Shown here: positions 31,343-41,265 of the stretch, one piece after another
How the letters are laid out: each line of letters begins with the position of its first letter
Numbering within the stretch: the first letter of the stretch is position 1
Assembly: GCA_038852315.1 (NCBI GenBank)
Contig: JAWCKF010000001.1
Location: forward strand, 23,542 to 87,541
Source: Thermoplasmata archaeon
GTDB lineage: Archaea > Thermoplasmatota > Thermoplasmata > UBA10834
Direction: 5' to 3'
DNA: 64,000 nt
Notes under the pieces: generated by a model
What the model was told of the DNA's origin: nothing
Databases searched by the model: none
The model's input: the letters and a program-made list of their open reading frames with translations, nothing else
Position numbers and translations under genes: made by a program

Positions 31343-32992
31343 ACGAACTCGAACGCATACCTTGCGGCCTTGTTGGTGGTCACGGCCTATGTGACCCTGC
31401 TCACAGTGGGTTGTAGGACAGGGCTTTGGAAGAGATTCGGAGTCGTGCTCCTCGGCCCAGTGATGATGTTCAGGACCAAGCGGGGACGTGGATTCATCGA
31501 GAGGGTCGCACGCCCGAGGAGGGTCTGGACAACCCTTGGCAGCCTGGCGGTATTCATCACCTCAGCATCAGCAGCCGCCCTCACTGCCTTCCTGGTTCTC
31601 CAGGCGGCCGACTCGGCCGAAGAGGGGGCCGCGTTTGAGGTTGAGCCAATCGCTCATGGAGAGCCGCCTGCCAGGTTTGCCGCGACAGCTCTGTATGTAG
31701 TCGTCAGTTTCGCTGCTGCCATCGCAATACACGAACTCGCTCACGGTGTAATGGCCGCCTCTGCGGGAATAAGGCTGCTCCATACGGGAGTGCTGGTGTT
31801 CGTCATACCAGTAGGTGCCTTCGTGGAAACGGACGACGAGGGGCTGAGGAACGCTCCGAGGAGGAGCAGGCGGAGACTTTACGCCTCAGGCCCCGCCTCG
31901 AACCTGGTGATGGCCGGCGTGTTCTTCCTGGTGCTAGTCGGCCTGGTTGGACCGGCAGCCAGGCCACTGAACCCGGGGGCTGTCGTGACCGACGTTGCCT
32001 TGGACTCGCCCGCTGCCGTGTATGGCATCGAGCCATGGGACGAGATTGTTTCGGTGGGCGGCGCGCCCGTGTTGAACAACACACAGATGCGGCAGGCGTC
32101 CTTTGCAGAGCCAGGGGAGCCGGTCAGGGTCGAGATGTTCCGCGGGTCGACGCGTATCACGGTGTATGTGCCGGGAGGCGTTGTGATACACGCCGTCTAC
32201 GAGGGGCCCGGCCACGATGCCGGCCTCAAGCCAGGAATGATAGTGAGGAGCCTGAACAGAACCTTGATACACACCATCTCCGAGTTCCGGTCGGCAACAG
32301 AGAACGCATCCATGCACGAGCCTGTGGAGATCACTGTCTTGAGCTACTATAAGAGCGCCAACGGAGGGAAGGGGGGCTATCTAGTCAACACTAGCGTCGC
32401 GACGGTGAATCTGACCTCCAAGTGGCTCTACTACTGGACGCACTATCCGTGGGCCAACAGAGAGGAGTACAAGGGCGTCAGCTTCATGGCCGTCTCCGTC
32501 TCCCCCCTCGGTGTGTGGACGGAGGACTTGGAGCGCCTGACCTCGCGCGTTGCGAGACCTTTCGACTCGGGGGAAGACATCATGGAGACCTTCAGGGACT
32601 TCGTGGGATTGCCCTTGGCAGGATACTCGCCCGTCACGAACCCCGTGGCCGAGCTGTACGGGCCTGGCGGAGTTCTGGGGTTCATGCCTTCGAGCCTTTA
32701 CTGGACTGTTCTGAATCTGCTTTACTGGCTGTTCTGGGCCAACCTCATGCTGGGCCTGACGAACGCGCTGCCAGCGCTGCCCTTCGACGGCGGATACCTC
32801 GTGCGGGACCTGCTCAGGGGATTTGCCGCGTGGCGGGGGAGGAGGGTCCCGGGCCTGGATGCTACGATAGGAAGGAGGCTGTTCACTGAGGAACGTGTCG
32901 ACGACATCATGCTGTTCGTGTCAGGGATGCTCGTGTTCCTTGTGGCATATCTGCTTCTCGAGGGGAATCTCAGGAACGCCCTCGGTGCATGA
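31343..32992 (+). CDS. Site-2 (M50) intramembrane zinc metalloprotease with PDZ domains (start ACG 31343 or GTG 31271)
   Basis: HELAH, GAFVE, GPASN, NALPALPFDGG; two PDZ-like segments. Confidence 0.9.
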   Translation, partial: TNSNAYLAALLVVTAYVTLLTVGCRTGLWKRFGVVLLGPVMMFRTKRGRGFIERVARPRRVWTTLGSLAVFITSASAAALTAFLVLQAADSAEEGAAFEVEPIAHGEPPARFAATALYVVVSFAAAIAIHELAHGVMAASAGIRLLHTGVLVFVIPVGAFVETDDEGLRNAPRRSRRRLYASGPASNLVMAGVFFLVLVGLVGPAARPLNPGAVVTDVALDSPAAVYGIEPWDEIVSVGGAPVLNNTQMRQASFAEPGEPVRVEMFRGSTRITVYVPGGVVIHAVYEGPGHDAGLKPGMIVRSLNRTLIHTISEFRSATENASMHEPVEITVLSYYKSANGGKGGYLVNTSVATVNLTSKWLYYWTHYPWANREEYKGVSFMAVSVSPLGVWTEDLERLTSRVARPFDSGEDIMETFRDFVGLPLAGYSPVTNPVAELYGPGGVLGFMPSSLYWTVLNLLYWLFWANLMLGLTNALPALPFDGGYLVRDLLRGFAAWRGRRVPGLDATIGRRLFTEERVDDIMLFVSGMLVFLVAYLLLEGNLRNALGA

Positions 32993-33101
32993 GGGGAGGA
33001 CCTTCCCTGCTAGGGAACGAGTAGTTGTGCTTGGAGCACGATAAGACGATGACTACACCGCCAGATAGTATAATGGCTCCGCCCGTCATTCTCCGCGTGC
33101 C

Positions 33102-33647
33102 ATGGCCCTGAGGATGACTTGGACGAGGAGGGCACTCGACCTGCCCGAGCACGTAAGGGGGGAACTGGCGCGCAGGCTCAATCGGCTTCACAGGTACTTT
33201 CCGGAGGTTAGAGGGGGCGTGCGCATAGGCATCACGAGATCACTTGAAGGGTTCGCCTTCCAGTCCGATGAGGGCGATGCCAAGCTGATGCTGGAGGTCC
33301 GCCGGCGCAGGAACGGCGGCTGGAAGCTGCCTACGTACTGGACGTTGGGGCACGAGCTGATGCACCTCGCGCAGTTCAACAGCTCGGGCATTCCCCAGGG
33401 GGAACGGGCGTGCGATGTCTTCGCGCTGGCCCGACTTCCTCCGAGGTTCATAGACGAGGCTCCCAGCTACCTGGTCGTACCCCGGGGGTGCAGAGGGTGC
33501 TGGACCAGACGCCACGCGAGGCTCGCGCATGATGTCGCCAAAGAGGCCGTGGCGCTTCGGAGCGGGGGGCTCAAACGATACGCGGTTTGGTGGGAACGCG
33601 AGTTCAACTGGCGTGCGGGTAGGAGCAACTTACGCGCGACACGATAG
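33102..33647 (+). CDS. Small basic HExxH protein, ImmA/IrrE-like zinc metallopeptidase
   Basis: TLGHELMH ... ERACDVFA. Confidence 0.55.
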   Translation: MALRMTWTRRALDLPEHVRGELARRLNRLHRYFPEVRGGVRIGITRSLEGFAFQSDEGDAKLMLEVRRRRNGGWKLPTYWTLGHELMHLAQFNSSGIPQGERACDVFALARLPPRFIDEAPSYLVVPRGCRGCWTRRHARLAHDVAKEAVALRSGGLKRYAVWWEREFNWRAGRSNLRATR

Positions 33648-33673
33648 CATGACCCCCCTCCCTCGTGGTGAAC

Positions 33674-34360
33674 TTAGTGCGTCGACGGGGGTTGGACCTC
33701 CGGCGGCGTCCTGCCCTTCTTGGCGGCGATCCTGTATCTCAGCGCGATGACTGAAACAATCGTGACCGGCACAATGACCGCTATGCACACCGCCGTGCCG
33801 ATCCAAGTCGTTTCCCACGGAACGAACTCCTTGCGAGTGTCGAAGTCCTTCAGGTTCTCACTGTACGCGTTGCTCTTCACACGGATGTCGTCTGAGTAAT
33901 AGACGCCCACGCCGATCTCGCATCTGCTGATGTAGTTGGCTATCACCGAGCAGTCGTTGCTGAACGAGACTGTGACGCCGATGCCGCAGTCGGATATCTC
34001 GCAGTTCTCAATAATGGCGTTCGACACGTTGTAGAGCACGACGCCGTTGCTGCAGTTGCTCAGATGACAGCTCCTTATCACCAGATGGGCCTTCGTGTTG
34101 TGGATAGATATCCCGATAACACGGCTGGATGGCGAGATCTCCAAACCCTCGATCACGTACGGATCGGATGATGTGCCAGAACCGCCGGAGACAGCGCTCA
34201 CACCCGGCCAGTCATCGTCGCCCATCACCGAGACGGGACCTGACGGGACGAGGCCCGAGTACCCGCTCGTGATGGCCGGCACCAGAGCTAGCGCTGAGAT
34301 CACGGCAGCAAGGCAGTATCCGAGAAATGCGGTGTTCGCGGGTATGATCCAAGTGCGCAT
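33674..34360 (-). CDS. NosD/CASH right-handed beta-helix surface protein with C-terminal TM
   Basis: GSGTSSDPYVIEG, repeated 'NC.I....GI.....S' beta-helix turns, N- and C-terminal hydrophobic segments. Confidence 0.75.
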   Translation of the reverse strand: MRTWIIPANTAFLGYCLAAVISALALVPAITSGYSGLVPSGPVSVMGDDDWPGVSAVSGGSGTSSDPYVIEGLEISPSSRVIGISIHNTKAHLVIRSCHLSNCSNGVVLYNVSNAIIENCEISDCGIGVTVSFSNDCSVIANYISRCEIGVGVYYSDDIRVKSNAYSENLKDFDTRKEFVPWETTWIGTAVCIAVIVPVTIVSVIALRYRIAAKKGRTPPEVQPPSTH

Positions 34361-34597
34361 CCGTGAGCCATAGGCACAGAGGGCATAAAACACCTTCTGG
34401 TGTGGCGCATCTTAACAAGGCCGGACCACCACACGCATCCTTCCCGCCCCGGTCGATACCCGAGTTCAATCCGCTTCTGCCTCCCCCCTTTGTTCGGACG
34501 TTGATGTTGCTCGCCGTCTCTGTTGCTAGACGGAGCGGACGGCCCATGCCGGAGCCGCAAGAAGCCTTCCTGATTCGGCTGCCACAAGGACAAGAAG

Positions 34598-34672
34598 CGG
34601 GCGTGAAGGGATTCGAACCCTTGACCACTTGCTTAGGAGGCAAGTGCCATATCCTGACTAGGCCACACGCCC
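34598..34672 (-). tRNA. tRNA-Arg(CCT)
   Basis: Reverse complement folds as a cloverleaf: acceptor GGGCGTG/CACGCCC, anticodon arm CTTGC-CTCCTAA-GCAAG, T-loop TTCGAAT; TTTATATA box upstream (~34707-34714). Confidence 0.96.
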
Positions 34673-34739
34673 TCGGCGAGACCTTCTAGCACTATTCCTC
34701 CGGAGGTATATAAACTGGTTCCGAGTATCGATGTGGGTC

Positions 34740-35603
34740 TCAGGTGCTCCTTCTATCCTCCTCGGTCAGCTCCTCGGGGGCTCTCTCCTCCGACTTCTTC
34801 TCCTGGGACTCAACAGGTTCCGAAGGTCGGCCCTCCTCCTTGCCTTCTTCGCGCTGCTCCTTCTTGGGCCTCTCGTACTCCTCGACGAAGGATATCCTAT
34901 CAGCATCGAGAACCTCGCGCAGATCAGTCAGAAGCCTGTACTTCGCGATCATCCAGCGCTGGTCATACTTGCACGAGTCCGAGAGCTTGATCCTGAAGTC
35001 CTTGCCGTGGTGCTCGACCTCGAACCCCTCTGAAGTCCCGTAGGCCGACCTGATGAGGAGTTTCACGATCTCGGTCGGCTTTGTGGGCTTCTCGACGATC
35101 TTGTACCTGTACCTCAGCGTCCGCCCGGCAAGCCTGTTGTTGAAGTCCAGCCTGACCCTGCCCGCCGTGACCGCCGTGATTATCGCCGGCTTACCCTTCA
35201 CGGTGACCTCTAGCCCCACCCTCGGCTCGATCTCCTGCTTGACGAACTCCCGCAGAGGGCGTAGCTCCACGAGCTTCGGGTTCCTCGGCCCAGCGGCCTT
35301 CTCCGGAGGAATGATGACCTCCACCTCCTTGCCTATCTCGGCCTTCAGCATCGATTCATCGAGCCCCGGGAAGAGTCTGCCTTTGCCGACGATCAGCGGT
35401 TGTGGTCCGTAGGTCATCTTCTCGTTGTAGATGTTGTTCTCTTTGGCCCTCTCCTCGCTGGTAGTGTCGAACAACTCGTTGCTGTCGTGTATCCAGGCAT
35501 CGAACTCAGCCAGAACAACATCGCCCTCTTTGACGTGGACCCCGGCCGCGTCCGTGTGGCCGCCCTTTCCGTGGTGCTTGTCCGCACCCTCCTCCTCACT
35601 CAT
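34740..35603 (-). CDS. slyD: Archaeal long-type FKBP peptidyl-prolyl isomerase (SlyD-like)
   Basis: LFDTT, PLIVGKGRLFPGLDE, IPPEKAAG, LDFNNRLAGRTL; GGTGA SD before ATG 35603. Confidence 0.88.
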   Translation of the reverse strand: MSEEEGADKHHGKGGHTDAAGVHVKEGDVVLAEFDAWIHDSNELFDTTSEERAKENNIYNEKMTYGPQPLIVGKGRLFPGLDESMLKAEIGKEVEVIIPPEKAAGPRNPKLVELRPLREFVKQEIEPRVGLEVTVKGKPAIITAVTAGRVRLDFNNRLAGRTLRYRYKIVEKPTKPTEIVKLLIRSAYGTSEGFEVEHHGKDFRIKLSDSCKYDQRWMIAKYRLLTDLREVLDADRISFVEEYERPKKEQREEGKEEGRPSEPVESQEKKSEERAPEELTEEDRRST

Positions 35604-35792
35604 TGAAATCTCACCGCTGGTGCGCGTTCTGTGTGGATACTCAGCTGCCATTTAAAGCTTCCGCAATTATCGGCTGGTTCCAGGAAAAGCAACTGGGTGA
35701 GCTGGATGCAGCGAGGTGCCGAAACTGGGAGATCCGTTCGCCTGTGAAAAGCTATATCCGAACGCCCTCATTACTCAGCGCAGCGGATCCGT

Positions 35793-35865
35793 GCCACCGT
35801 AGCTCAGCCGGAAGAGCAGCTGACTTGTAATCAGCAGGTCGGGAGTTCGAATCTCCCCGGTGGCT
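35793..35865 (+). tRNA. tRNA-Thr(TGT)
   Basis: GCCACCG/CGGTGGC acceptor, GCTGA-CTTGTAA-TCAGC anticodon arm, GGGAG-TTCGAAT-CTCCC T-arm. Confidence 0.96.
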
Positions 35866-35986
35866 CTTAAGCGAACCGGGAGAACGACTACCTGGCTGGC
35901 GCGAACAACCAACGTCAATATATAAGCCTGGAATCGATGCACTTTCGGACGGGCTTCAGCGGTGCGAGCCCCGGAGGAGTGGTTGG

Positions 35987-38900
35987 ATGAGACCAGGTTC
36001 AGTAGACAGAACAGTGTCATCGCTTCTGGCAGTCTGTGCAATCTTATCGTCCATGACGCTGGCCTTGCCTGGATGCGCAGAGGGTGCGACGGTGTACGGC
36101 AACGCAAGCGAGTACGTGGACGGGAACGAGGCGATGCAGAATCTCGGACGGTCAGTGGCACTCGCGGACGTGAACCTGGACGGCATATCAGATCTCGTGG
36201 TAGGTGCACCATACACTACAGCAGGGGGGATGAGGAACGCTGGTTCCGTGGTGATCTACGCCTCGGCCGCAGGCGTTCCCATGGCCAATGTCATCGTGAT
36301 CAACGGGACATCCTCATGGGACCTGTTCGGCTGGACAGTGGCGGACGTTGGCGATATCAACGGAGATGGCGCACACGACCTGGCCATTGGAGCGCCCTTG
36401 GCGGACCCGGGCGGGAGAGCGGACGCGGGCACCGTCTATCTGTTCTTCGCCTGGGCCGGCTTTGACGGCACCTGCAATTCAACCATAGAGGGTGCGAACG
36501 AGGGCGAGGAGCTAGGGTTCGCGCTTTCCGCCGCTGGGGATATCAACAAGGATGGCTTCGACGACCTGATCGCAGGAGCGCCGTTCTACACTTCAGGGAC
36601 TTTGGCGGAGGCTGGCAGGGTCTACATCTACTACGGAGGATCCCCCATGGACAAGAACCCTGACAGGACCTTCACAGGCAGCTCTGCGGGAGCGCACCTG
36701 GGGTGGAGCGTCTCCGGCGGAGCGAGCGTGGACGGCGACACCAAGATGGATGTGGTTGCGGGCGCTCCGGGGCAGGGAACCGCTGGGGCTGCGTACGTGA
36801 TCAGAAACCTAGACAGGACCAATCCGACTGTTACGGTTGTCACGGGCAAGAGAGCATATGAGAACTTCAGCTTCTCCGTAGCTCTCGTACCAGACCTGAA
36901 CGGCGATCTCATCGGGGACATCGCCATAGGTGCTCCCACGAACAGCGACAACGGCTCCTGCGCGGGGGCCGTTTACGTGCTCTTCGGCAGCTCGAAGTTC
37001 AACACTGTGGTGGACATGACGCTCACGGGCGCTCCTGACGAATGGTTCGGGTGGGCTGTTGTCTCGGGCGACATGCGCGAGGACGGTGTGTCGGATCTGC
37101 TGGTTGGCGCCCCGAACAGCCGGCTGAACGAGACCGCCGTCGGACGAGCGTACGTCTACTTCGGCGGGGCGAGCATATCCGAAGCTCCGAACATGACCCT
37201 CGTTCCGGATAGCGGAGCGAGCTTCTTCGGGGGGAGCCTCGCTGTCGGGCCGAACATGACTGGCGATCCTGCACCTGACTACGCTGTAGGCGATCCACTG
37301 TTCAACGTACCCGGATATCCGAACGCGGGAAGGGTGTACCTCTACTCCGGTGTACATGTGGTCGTCCCGAAGAACCCGGTGGTCAAGGGGCATGTGTACA
37401 TACCTGGCACGACCGTCGGCCTATCAGGGTTCACCGTCACGCTCGAGTCCGACAACAACGCCTATTCGACGACCACAGACTCGTCTGGGGCCTATGAGCT
37501 CATGGCCATACCTGGCACATACTGGCTGAACGTCTCGAGGACGGGATACGTGCCCAACTCGACGACCATCACCCTCGCCACAAACGAGGTAGCAGTCCTG
37601 GATTTCTACCCCTTGACTGTGCCCTATGTCCGAGGGACTGTGAGGGACGCCGTCAGTTCCACCGCACTCAGAGGAGCGACAGTGGCCCTGTACGCAGGCG
37701 GCGGACTCAAGGCGTGGATGACCACGCCCGCGAACGGCTCGTACTGGTTCTGGCTGCCCGAGGATCTGGTGCCGCCGGTCGGCGGGTCTGTCACGGTCAC
37801 CGTCGCCGCCTGGAGCTCGATGCATTACACCTCCTCGACCGACATCATCCTGGCAAGGAACGACTCAGTGGTGAGCAGTTTCGCCCTTGACAGGTTCCCA
37901 GTCGTCACGGGTTCTGTCCGCGACGCCCTCTTCCTCTCGGCTATCAGGAACGCGCTCGTGACGGCGAACCAGGGCGCGTCCGTCCTCGCGGCGACCGTCA
38001 CGGACATCAGAGGGGAATACGAGATCGTTGCAGTCAATGCGACCGCTGGGTCGCTGTACCTGAACGTCACCGCCTCTGGCTATTTCAGACAGACGGGCTC
38101 GGTCGCCGTTGAGAAGAACGGCACCTACACGCTGAACTTCATACTCCAGGTGGACAACGCGCCGCCCAGCTCGCAGCTGGCTACCCTGCCCCAGTATGTC
38201 ACCACCGAGAACTTCACAATCTCCGCCACCGCCACTGACTTGAACGGCATCAAGGAGGTGCAGCTGTGGTACAGACTCGGCAGCTCAGGAGCGTACGCCA
38301 AGTACGGGTCCGACTACGAGCCTCCCTACGTGTTCACATTCACGTCTTCGGCCGCCGGGGGGGACGGGCTCTACGAGTTCTACTCCTTGGCGGTGGACCT
38401 CGCTGACAACACCGAGCCCGCCCCTGCGACGAACGACACGTGGACTTTCGTGGACGCCCATGCGCCGGAGCTGGCTGTGTCTGAGCCCTCCGAAGGTGCA
38501 ATCCTGCCTGTCTCGACCGTCGCGGTTGTGTGGTCCGGCAGCGACTCCGGCTCGGGCATCGTCAAGTACGAGGTCAAGCTCGACTCCGGGGAATGGGTCG
38601 ACAAGGAGCTCTCCACCTCTCACGAGTTCGCATCGGTAGGAGACGGACCGCACACGGTGACCGTCAGGGCCAGCGACTTCGCCGGGCTGCAGAGGGAGAT
38701 ATCTGTGCATATAACGGTCGACACGCGCGCGCCCACCTCTGCCATGTCGGCACTGCCCTCCGTCACAGCCTCCTCCAACCTGACGCTGGCCGCGACTGCC
38801 ACCGACCTGAACGGCATCAAGGAGGTGCAGTTCTGGTACAGGTACGGCGGCAGCGGGGGTTTCTCGCTCCTGGGGAGCGACGACTCCCCGCCGTATGAGC

Positions 38901-39997
38901 TTGCGTTCAGCGCGGAGGACCACGAGGGCGACGGCCTGTATGAGTTCTACTCGCTCGCCGTAGACCTCGCTGGCAACGGTGAGACCGCGCCCGCCGGGAA
39001 CAAGTCATGGACGATAGTAGACACCGCGCTGCCGCTACTGACGATCACATGGCCGGTTCAGGGCGGCACCGTGGGAACAGCCTCCCTCACGGTGAACTGG
39101 ACCGCCAGCGACTCCGCCTCAGGCATATGGAAGTACTGGATCAGACTCGACGACGGCCCGTGGGTCGAGCTCCTGAACTCGTCGACCCAGATGTCGGTCC
39201 AGGTCGAGGTGACGCATGGGGAGCACACGATCAATGTCACCGCAACCGACAGAGCTGGATGGAACAGGTCTGTCTCGGTCACGTTCGGTGTTGACCTGAA
39301 CCCACCCGTTGTGACCATCACAACGCCCCTTGAAGGGCAGAGCTTGGCGAGTGCGGCTATCACGCTCCGCTGGTCTGCCTCCGACCAGGATTCAGGCATC
39401 GCATCTGTCGAAGTCAGCAGGGACGGGGTCGCGTGGCTCCAGGTGGGCGTGGCCGACACGGAGTACACGTTCTCCGCGCCTGCGGGGCTGCCCGAAGGTG
39501 AGCACACTGTCTGGATCAGAGTGACGGACAGAGGCGGCCTGGCGACCTATCGCTCGGCCACCGTCACGCTCGACAGGACTCCTCCGGTCGTCGCGATAAC
39601 ATATCCCCTGGACGGCGATACCGTTCGGCGGTCGACCATAACGGTCCGATGGCAGATGGCCGATTCGGGGAGCGGCGTCAAGACCGCCTACGTGTCTATC
39701 GACAAGGGCGTAATGCAGAACATCGGCGATGTGAGCTCGTTCGAGCTTTCGGACCTGACTGACGGAGAGCACGAGGTCAGGGTAAGGGTCGTGGACGAAG
39801 CGGGCAACGCGCAGGAGGTGTCGGTTAGCTTTACCGTTGACACTGGCGCGCGCATCAGCACGCTCCTCATCGGGGGCATCGCGATCGCCGTGATCGCTGC
39901 GGCTGCCATCGGCGCCGCACTGATGATGCGGAAGAAGAGGCCGGGAAAAGGTGAAGCGCCCGACGCAAGCTTGAAGGCCGGGGAGAACGAACCGTAG
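35987..39997 (+). CDS. Large surface protein: seven FG-GAP (integrin-alpha-like) repeats, carboxypeptidase-regulatory-like and Ig-like stalk, C-terminal TM anchor
   Basis: Seven 'FG.....D.N.DG..DL..GAP' units, Ig-like 'D..PP...IT.P..G' repeats, TM helix followed by RKKR. Confidence 0.88.
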   Translation: MRPGSVDRTVSSLLAVCAILSSMTLALPGCAEGATVYGNASEYVDGNEAMQNLGRSVALADVNLDGISDLVVGAPYTTAGGMRNAGSVVIYASAAGVPMANVIVINGTSSWDLFGWTVADVGDINGDGAHDLAIGAPLADPGGRADAGTVYLFFAWAGFDGTCNSTIEGANEGEELGFALSAAGDINKDGFDDLIAGAPFYTSGTLAEAGRVYIYYGGSPMDKNPDRTFTGSSAGAHLGWSVSGGASVDGDTKMDVVAGAPGQGTAGAAYVIRNLDRTNPTVTVVTGKRAYENFSFSVALVPDLNGDLIGDIAIGAPTNSDNGSCAGAVYVLFGSSKFNTVVDMTLTGAPDEWFGWAVVSGDMREDGVSDLLVGAPNSRLNETAVGRAYVYFGGASISEAPNMTLVPDSGASFFGGSLAVGPNMTGDPAPDYAVGDPLFNVPGYPNAGRVYLYSGVHVVVPKNPVVKGHVYIPGTTVGLSGFTVTLESDNNAYSTTTDSSGAYELMAIPGTYWLNVSRTGYVPNSTTITLATNEVAVLDFYPLTVPYVRGTVRDAVSSTALRGATVALYAGGGLKAWMTTPANGSYWFWLPEDLVPPVGGSVTVTVAAWSSMHYTSSTDIILARNDSVVSSFALDRFPVVTGSVRDALFLSAIRNALVTANQGASVLAATVTDIRGEYEIVAVNATAGSLYLNVTASGYFRQTGSVAVEKNGTYTLNFILQVDNAPPSSQLATLPQYVTTENFTISATATDLNGIKEVQLWYRLGSSGAYAKYGSDYEPPYVFTFTSSAAGGDGLYEFYSLAVDLADNTEPAPATNDTWTFVDAHAPELAVSEPSEGAILPVSTVAVVWSGSDSGSGIVKYEVKLDSGEWVDKELSTSHEFASVGDGPHTVTVRASDFAGLQREISVHITVDTRAPTSAMSALPSVTASSNLTLAATATDLNGIKEVQFWYRYGGSGGFSLLGSDDSPPYELAFSAEDHEGDGLYEFYSLAVDLAGNGETAPAGNKSWTIVDTALPLLTITWPVQGGTVGTASLTVNWTASDSASGIWKYWIRLDDGPWVELLNSSTQMSVQVEVTHGEHTINVTATDRAGWNRSVSVTFGVDLNPPVVTITTPLEGQSLASAAITLRWSASDQDSGIASVEVSRDGVAWLQVGVADTEYTFSAPAGLPEGEHTVWIRVTDRGGLATYRSATVTLDRTPPVVAITYPLDGDTVRRSTITVRWQMADSGSGVKTAYVSIDKGVMQNIGDVSSFELSDLTDGEHEVRVRVVDEAGNAQEVSVSFTVDTGARISTLLIGGIAIAVIAAAAIGAALMMRKKRPGKGEAPDASLKAGENEP
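38241..38830 (+). repeat. Intragenic duplication (567-bp period) with an exact 23-bp match
   Basis: TGAACGGCATCAAGGAGGTGCAG at 38241-38263 and 38808-38830; protein repeats ATDLNGIKEVQ.WYR and GDGLYEFYSLAVDLA. Confidence 0.85.
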
Positions 39998-40057
39998 GTC
40001 CGCAGTGACGTGCGCAACCTGCAGGGCAGGCCATGCTGGCAACAGCCGACGGCTCCG

Positions 40058-41044
40058 TCAGACCAAGAGGAGAGGTTTTGTCGGCCTGAGGGAGTATCTC
40101 TTGCAGGTGTAGCAGTACCACTCGTTGTATTCCTTGATGAACTTCATCTCATGGCCGCAGGCAGGACAGCTTTTCTGGCCTTGGGCCGCTCCTCCGCGTT
40201 CCTTGGGGGCGTACTCCCTGCACTTGAAGCAGTAGTGCCTCTGGTATCTCTCAATGTACTTGAGCGGCTCTCCGCACTTCGCGCACGCGAGACCCTGCGA
40301 GGGTGCAGCGGGTGTCGTCGAGGGCGCACCTTTTCCAGACATCTTGTGGAACGGGTACTTCCTGCACGTGTAGCAGTAGTGCTCATTGTACTTCTCTATG
40401 AACTTGAGCTCGCTCCCGCAGTCAGGGCAGCGCTTGCTGGCAGGCGCAGAGCCAGGTGCACCCTCAGCCTCCTGCTTCGGTCCTTGCTCCTTCGGAGCAT
40501 ACTTCCTGCAGCCGTAGCAGTAATGCCTCTGATACTTCTCGATCCACTTGAGAGGCTGACCGCACGTGCCGCAAGTCCTCTCACGCGGTTCGGGTGCCTT
40601 CGCCACCTCAAGAGTTGCTGACGGAGCAGCTGCCGTCGACGACCCCAGCTGAGCCTGAGCGCCCTGAGAACACAGCGATGCAACGGCGCTGTCGAGCAGC
40701 GACTGAGGCTCGTTGGTTGACGTTGCCGGCGCCCTGATCTCGTCGGCGTATTCTTCGCATATGTAGCAGAACATCTTGCCGTCCCTTATCTCCTCAAGCT
40801 CAGCCCCGCACCTCGGACACGAGACGGCTTGGCCCTCGCGGTGGAGTGACCCTGGTTCGAGGACGGCTCCGGCACCATCAGGCTTTGCAGGGCCCACGTC
40901 TTCCGTGTTTGCCTCGGGCTGCACCTCGCTGTGTTCAGGACTTCCCTCTTCAAGATAGCTGTTGCAGCCATAGCAGTACCACTTCTCCATCTGCTCGATA
41001 AAGCGGGGTTCGTCACCGCACTTCGGGCACTTCGAAGCTTCCAT
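40058..41044 (-). CDS. Protein with six tandem C4 zinc-ribbon repeats
   Basis: Six CxxCG-x12-13-(Y/F)CxxC units, consensus C..CG..L..IE.Y...YC..C. Confidence 0.8.
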   Translation of the reverse strand: MEASKCPKCGDEPRFIEQMEKWYCYGCNSYLEEGSPEHSEVQPEANTEDVGPAKPDGAGAVLEPGSLHREGQAVSCPRCGAELEEIRDGKMFCYICEEYADEIRAPATSTNEPQSLLDSAVASLCSQGAQAQLGSSTAAAPSATLEVAKAPEPRERTCGTCGQPLKWIEKYQRHYCYGCRKYAPKEQGPKQEAEGAPGSAPASKRCPDCGSELKFIEKYNEHYCYTCRKYPFHKMSGKGAPSTTPAAPSQGLACAKCGEPLKYIERYQRHYCFKCREYAPKERGGAAQGQKSCPACGHEMKFIKEYNEWYCYTCKRYSLRPTKPLLLV

Positions 41045-41265
41045 CTCGGACACGCTCCGCTGACAGGACTGTCTTCGGACGCCTGTCACACTCGTGAGAA
41101 TCACCGGCCCAGTGCGTATTTAACCGTGTTTTCCTGGATATCAGCCATGATAACGCTCCGTCAGGTATCGCGTAGCCTACATGTATCCGTGCAGACAAAT
41201 AGCGAGGGTCATATTGTGAGCCAGGGCCGACAAGGGCTGGATGGGCAAGGCAGGTGTGCAGGAAG

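Noticed and set aside
34455..34480. GAGTTCAATCC resembling a tRNA T-loop (possible att-site remnant near tRNA-Arg)
   Set aside because: No pairing T-stem, no match to the 3' ends of the three tRNAs, and no integrase nearby
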